NCBI GenBank assembly: GCA_030390025.1
Contig: CM059431.1
Span: forward strand, 121,026,001 to 121,090,000
Source: Squalus acanthias
Taxonomy: Eukaryota
Direction of reading: 5' to 3'
Length of the DNA stretch: 64,000 nucleotides
Shown here: piece after piece, positions 60,947-64,000 of the stretch
Layout: every line of letters begins with the position of its first letter
Position numbering within the stretch: the first letter of the stretch is position 1
Notes under the pieces: generated by a model
Told to the model about the DNA's origin: nothing
The model's input: only the letters and a program-made list of their open reading frames with translations
Databases searched by the model: none
Made by a program: the position numbers and the translations under genes

Positions 60947-61719
60947 ATTATTTCACAGTTGTTGGGAGAGAAAGCTTTTATCCCATGAATCCAGGCTGGA
61001 TTGGAACCCAGATTCCCCCAGGTGAATATGCTAACAAACTGTACCAGATGCAATGAATATGTATTTTTAAATTTAATCAGAATGCAGATCCCATAACAAT
61101 GTGGATTGTCAACAGAGCAAAAACTGTGCATGATTGCAGCTTACAATGTTTCCTAGCAGCAGTGAGTTCCAAAATAAGCAGCCTTCATCTCCCACCCCAG
61201 CAAGCATCTCATGTTGGCATTCAGTATTTGCATTATTTTTGCCTTTGTTGTCTTTAAAAGCTCATGTTTATTTGTTTGAAAGTAAAGATGCTTAAACCCA
61301 CAGGCAGGGTGTTATATTACAAGTATAGAATGCTGTTCTTGCTGCAATGAAGCTGCACCTTTACTCAAGAACAACAATTAAACCACCAGAAAAGCACAAT
61401 ACTTCAACTGGACAGGACAAATACATGAGGTGCTGCCGGAATGTAAATAAGCATTCCATTCATCTACCATGCAAGATTATTTAGTCAGTAATATGCTGGT
61501 TTACCGAGATTCTTGTACTTATTATTGCCAGAGCATTTCCTTTATGTCACATAAAGAGGAAATGAACCATATGTGAACAAAGCCTGCATGTAGTGCAGTT
61601 AAAAAAATGTTACATTAACCAACATTTTGTTAAGTGGCAATTAAAGATTTTTTTTTTATTTTACACTTTTATCTCCATTGTCTCGTACTTTAAAGGTATG
61701 AGTTAACACCAAAATTACA

Positions 61720-63060
61720 TTTTACAATGAAGGAACGGTAGTGTCTAACGCATTTTTTGAGGATTCAGTGCACAGAGCAAGTTTTAGAACGTTAATATGT
61801 TGGCGTCATCTGTATTCAATTTCCTTTGTATATCTTCCTTATGGTTGGCACTGATTCTGTTCTTGCATAAACACTACGGGATAGTTTGTTACATATCTCA
61901 ACCTGCCAGTTGCCACCAATAAGTTGTGGCCATCTTTCTGTGACCAGTTCATTTCGCGGAATTTTGCCACAACTGTTTTCTTGTATATGTCCCATTAACA
62001 GGGCATGTAGTTTTGGTGTGCAGCATTATCATGCAGATCCTATTCAGAAACGGATATTGTCACTATCTCCTAGACTGTTTGTGCAAAATTATAGTACTTC
62101 GGCATTAAACCATGTTATATCCAACAAATGTAGAAACTGTAGGAAATGTCATAGGATGTTGTATTACTTTCTCATGCAGCAGGGTGGGCAGGCACTGGCC
62201 ACTGAAGTAGGCCCCCAGTAGGGGTGGAGGAAAATCTTGATTGCAATTCTTTGAGCGGGGATTCAACAGTAATCCACCCTGCCCCATTTACTGCCATTTT
62301 GCACTCAAGGATCACATCAGAATAGATGGAATCTGAAAAGAAAATTTAGGCCAATAAAAACAGGATGGTACTAGCTTGCAAGAGGTCTCTGCCTTTGCCC
62401 TACCCTACTTTCCTGATGGTATCATGGCCATTTATGAACAGGATGGACTCCTGAAACTGTACGAAAGACTTGTAATACCTGAGTGCTGCTCTAGTTTTGC
62501 TTTGCTCCTTTTTTATGATGTGCTGTCTTATGTTGTAATATAAAAATATTCTTGAGATACTGCTATTTATGTAGCATGGATATACAGTTGTCCACCCTGA
62601 CTGATACTAAATCAACATGCACCTAACAGTTTGGTTTTCCTCCAAAGATTTTAGGTATCAAGATCCTGTAAGATTTCTTTCTGACTGTAGTTTGAATTGT
62701 AAGCTACTGCTTGCATTTGTCCTCTGCTTCAGTATGACCATGAATATTTGGCAGTCAGTAGGCTATTTCTCTAATGTAAGGACTGTACAGGATATTTTTT
62801 ATTAATGATTTAGTAGAATTTTATTGTCAGGTTATCCATACTTGTCACTGCATGCTGGACTTTACCTCAGCAATTGTCTTCAACTCAGCCATTTTCTTCC
62901 TGACCTGTATTCATGTCTTTTGGGGCTTGCACACAACATTTACTTTATCAGCAATCTGCTACCAAGCTGACTAGACCAGTCATTTATGGGGAGAATGCTC
63001 TCTATCCCATACAGTAGGCTATTCCATTTTCTCCTAGCTTCAAAGTCATAGAGCAAATCC
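61720..63060. pseudogene. Very old Harbinger relic: transposase traces (+) and Myb/SANT exon 1 (-, ~63060-62866)
   Basis: The minus strand reads AW*QIADKVNVVCKPQKT*IQVRKKMAELK followed by GAG/GTAAAG. Plus-strand traces include ISQPA, EQDGLLKL and MMCC. Confidence 0.5.
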
Positions 63061-63487
63061 CTGTCCTGCTTTCACTTGTGCAAATGCAGGGGCTTAACTG
63101 TCTGTAAAATGTCTGCTCATGCCATCCAACTGCTGCTGTGCATGATAACCATTGCCCACACTCCACTAAATGGCCTGCTGTGTCGGTGGAAGATCATGTG
63201 CAGCTAAAAACAATAATCTTGGGTTTATTAGGCAGGGAAGAAGCCATCTAAAAATATTTGGTAAGCTATCGTTAACCCCCAAATAGCACATCAATGGCAA
63301 TTGCTAGGGTATTGTCTCCACTTTAATTGCTTTGAATGAGTGAATACTTCATTCCACCATTGAATTTGGCTATCTGATTTAATACAGGTGGGCCAAAATG
63401 ATATGGGATACTGGATAATGTTGATTTAATGTGAAAGCTGGCAGGTACCTTCAATCCCAAAAATGTATTCTCTGCATGCATAGAGTG

Positions 63488-63574
63488 TGGGGGGGGGAGA
63501 GGGGGGGAGAGGGAGGGGGAGAGGGGGGGAGAGGGAGGGGGAGAGGGAGGGAGGGAGGGAGGGAGGGGGGAGGG
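63488..63574. repeat. Purine-only G-run tract (GGGA/GGGGGGA), G-quadruplex/triplex prone
   Basis: Direct reading. Confidence 0.9.
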
Positions 63575-64000
63575 TGTAGAATTCGCAAAATTATCGCGAT
63601 TTTATAAAATAAGAAGGAGACATAAAGTTTCGTACAAACAGCTTTATTTCAGCAGAATGCTGTCAGGTTTCAAAGCGGACACAAACAGCCTGTAAAATGG
63701 CCGCCACGCCTCATGGCAGAACGTTCTAGACTTTCAATGGGCAGACAAGATGGCGTTCCAATAAACATTTGTGCAAGATCGTACAGGACTCAGCACATTT
63801 GAGATAATTGACAAGACATGATGGGTTTGCATTTTATACATAAATACTGGAATCGGTCTCCCAGGTGCGAATAAGGGCTATTGTACCGAGCGATCAAGAA
63901 CCCATCCAAAGACATTAATATGCAAAATCCCCACGACTCTACGATGAGAGAGCCGTTTGCGGGTAGTTACAGAAAGCATTTGGAAGCCCCAAAACCCCTC
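63575..64000 (-). mobile_element. Probable LTR (R-U5 end), running off the window
   Basis: Sharp boundary at TGT (the ..ACA end on minus). Minus-strand AATAAA at ~63642-63647 and TATAAAA at ~63832-63838. Two YY1-like AAAATGGC/AAGATGGCG motifs, and CpG-rich relative to the flank. Confidence 0.5.

Overview
Repeat-dense, gene-poor eukaryotic DNA, almost certainly from a cartilaginous fish. The evidence is an HE1-type V-SINE, HER1-type CR1 LINEs with (ACATAGAA)n tails and Deu-domain SINEs. I recognise no intact host gene, RNA gene or CRISPR array. The dominant system is a multi-tier PIF/Harbinger (PHIS) transposon population. Three large decayed elements (3140-9846, 22595-28575, ~51150-55328) each carry a HARBI1-like DDE transposase converging on a three-exon Myb/SANT-like gene with conserved introns. 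Two older transposase relics, internal-deletion derivatives (~1.7 kb and 0.88 kb) and at least four MITE families with 3-bp TSDs (TAA, CTG, TTT, CAA, ATT) are also present. CR1, L2 and a poly(A)-tailed CR1-group LINE family are nested with these. Other notable items: a 213-bp direct repeat flanking a chimeric MITE+CR1 insertion, a 5'+3' bipartite CR1 inside a transposase gene, a ~49 x 15-bp in-frame minisatellite inside a transposase, a C2H2 zinc-finger relic, and a probable LTR at the right edge. All analysis was by eye, so boundaries of decayed repeats are approximate.
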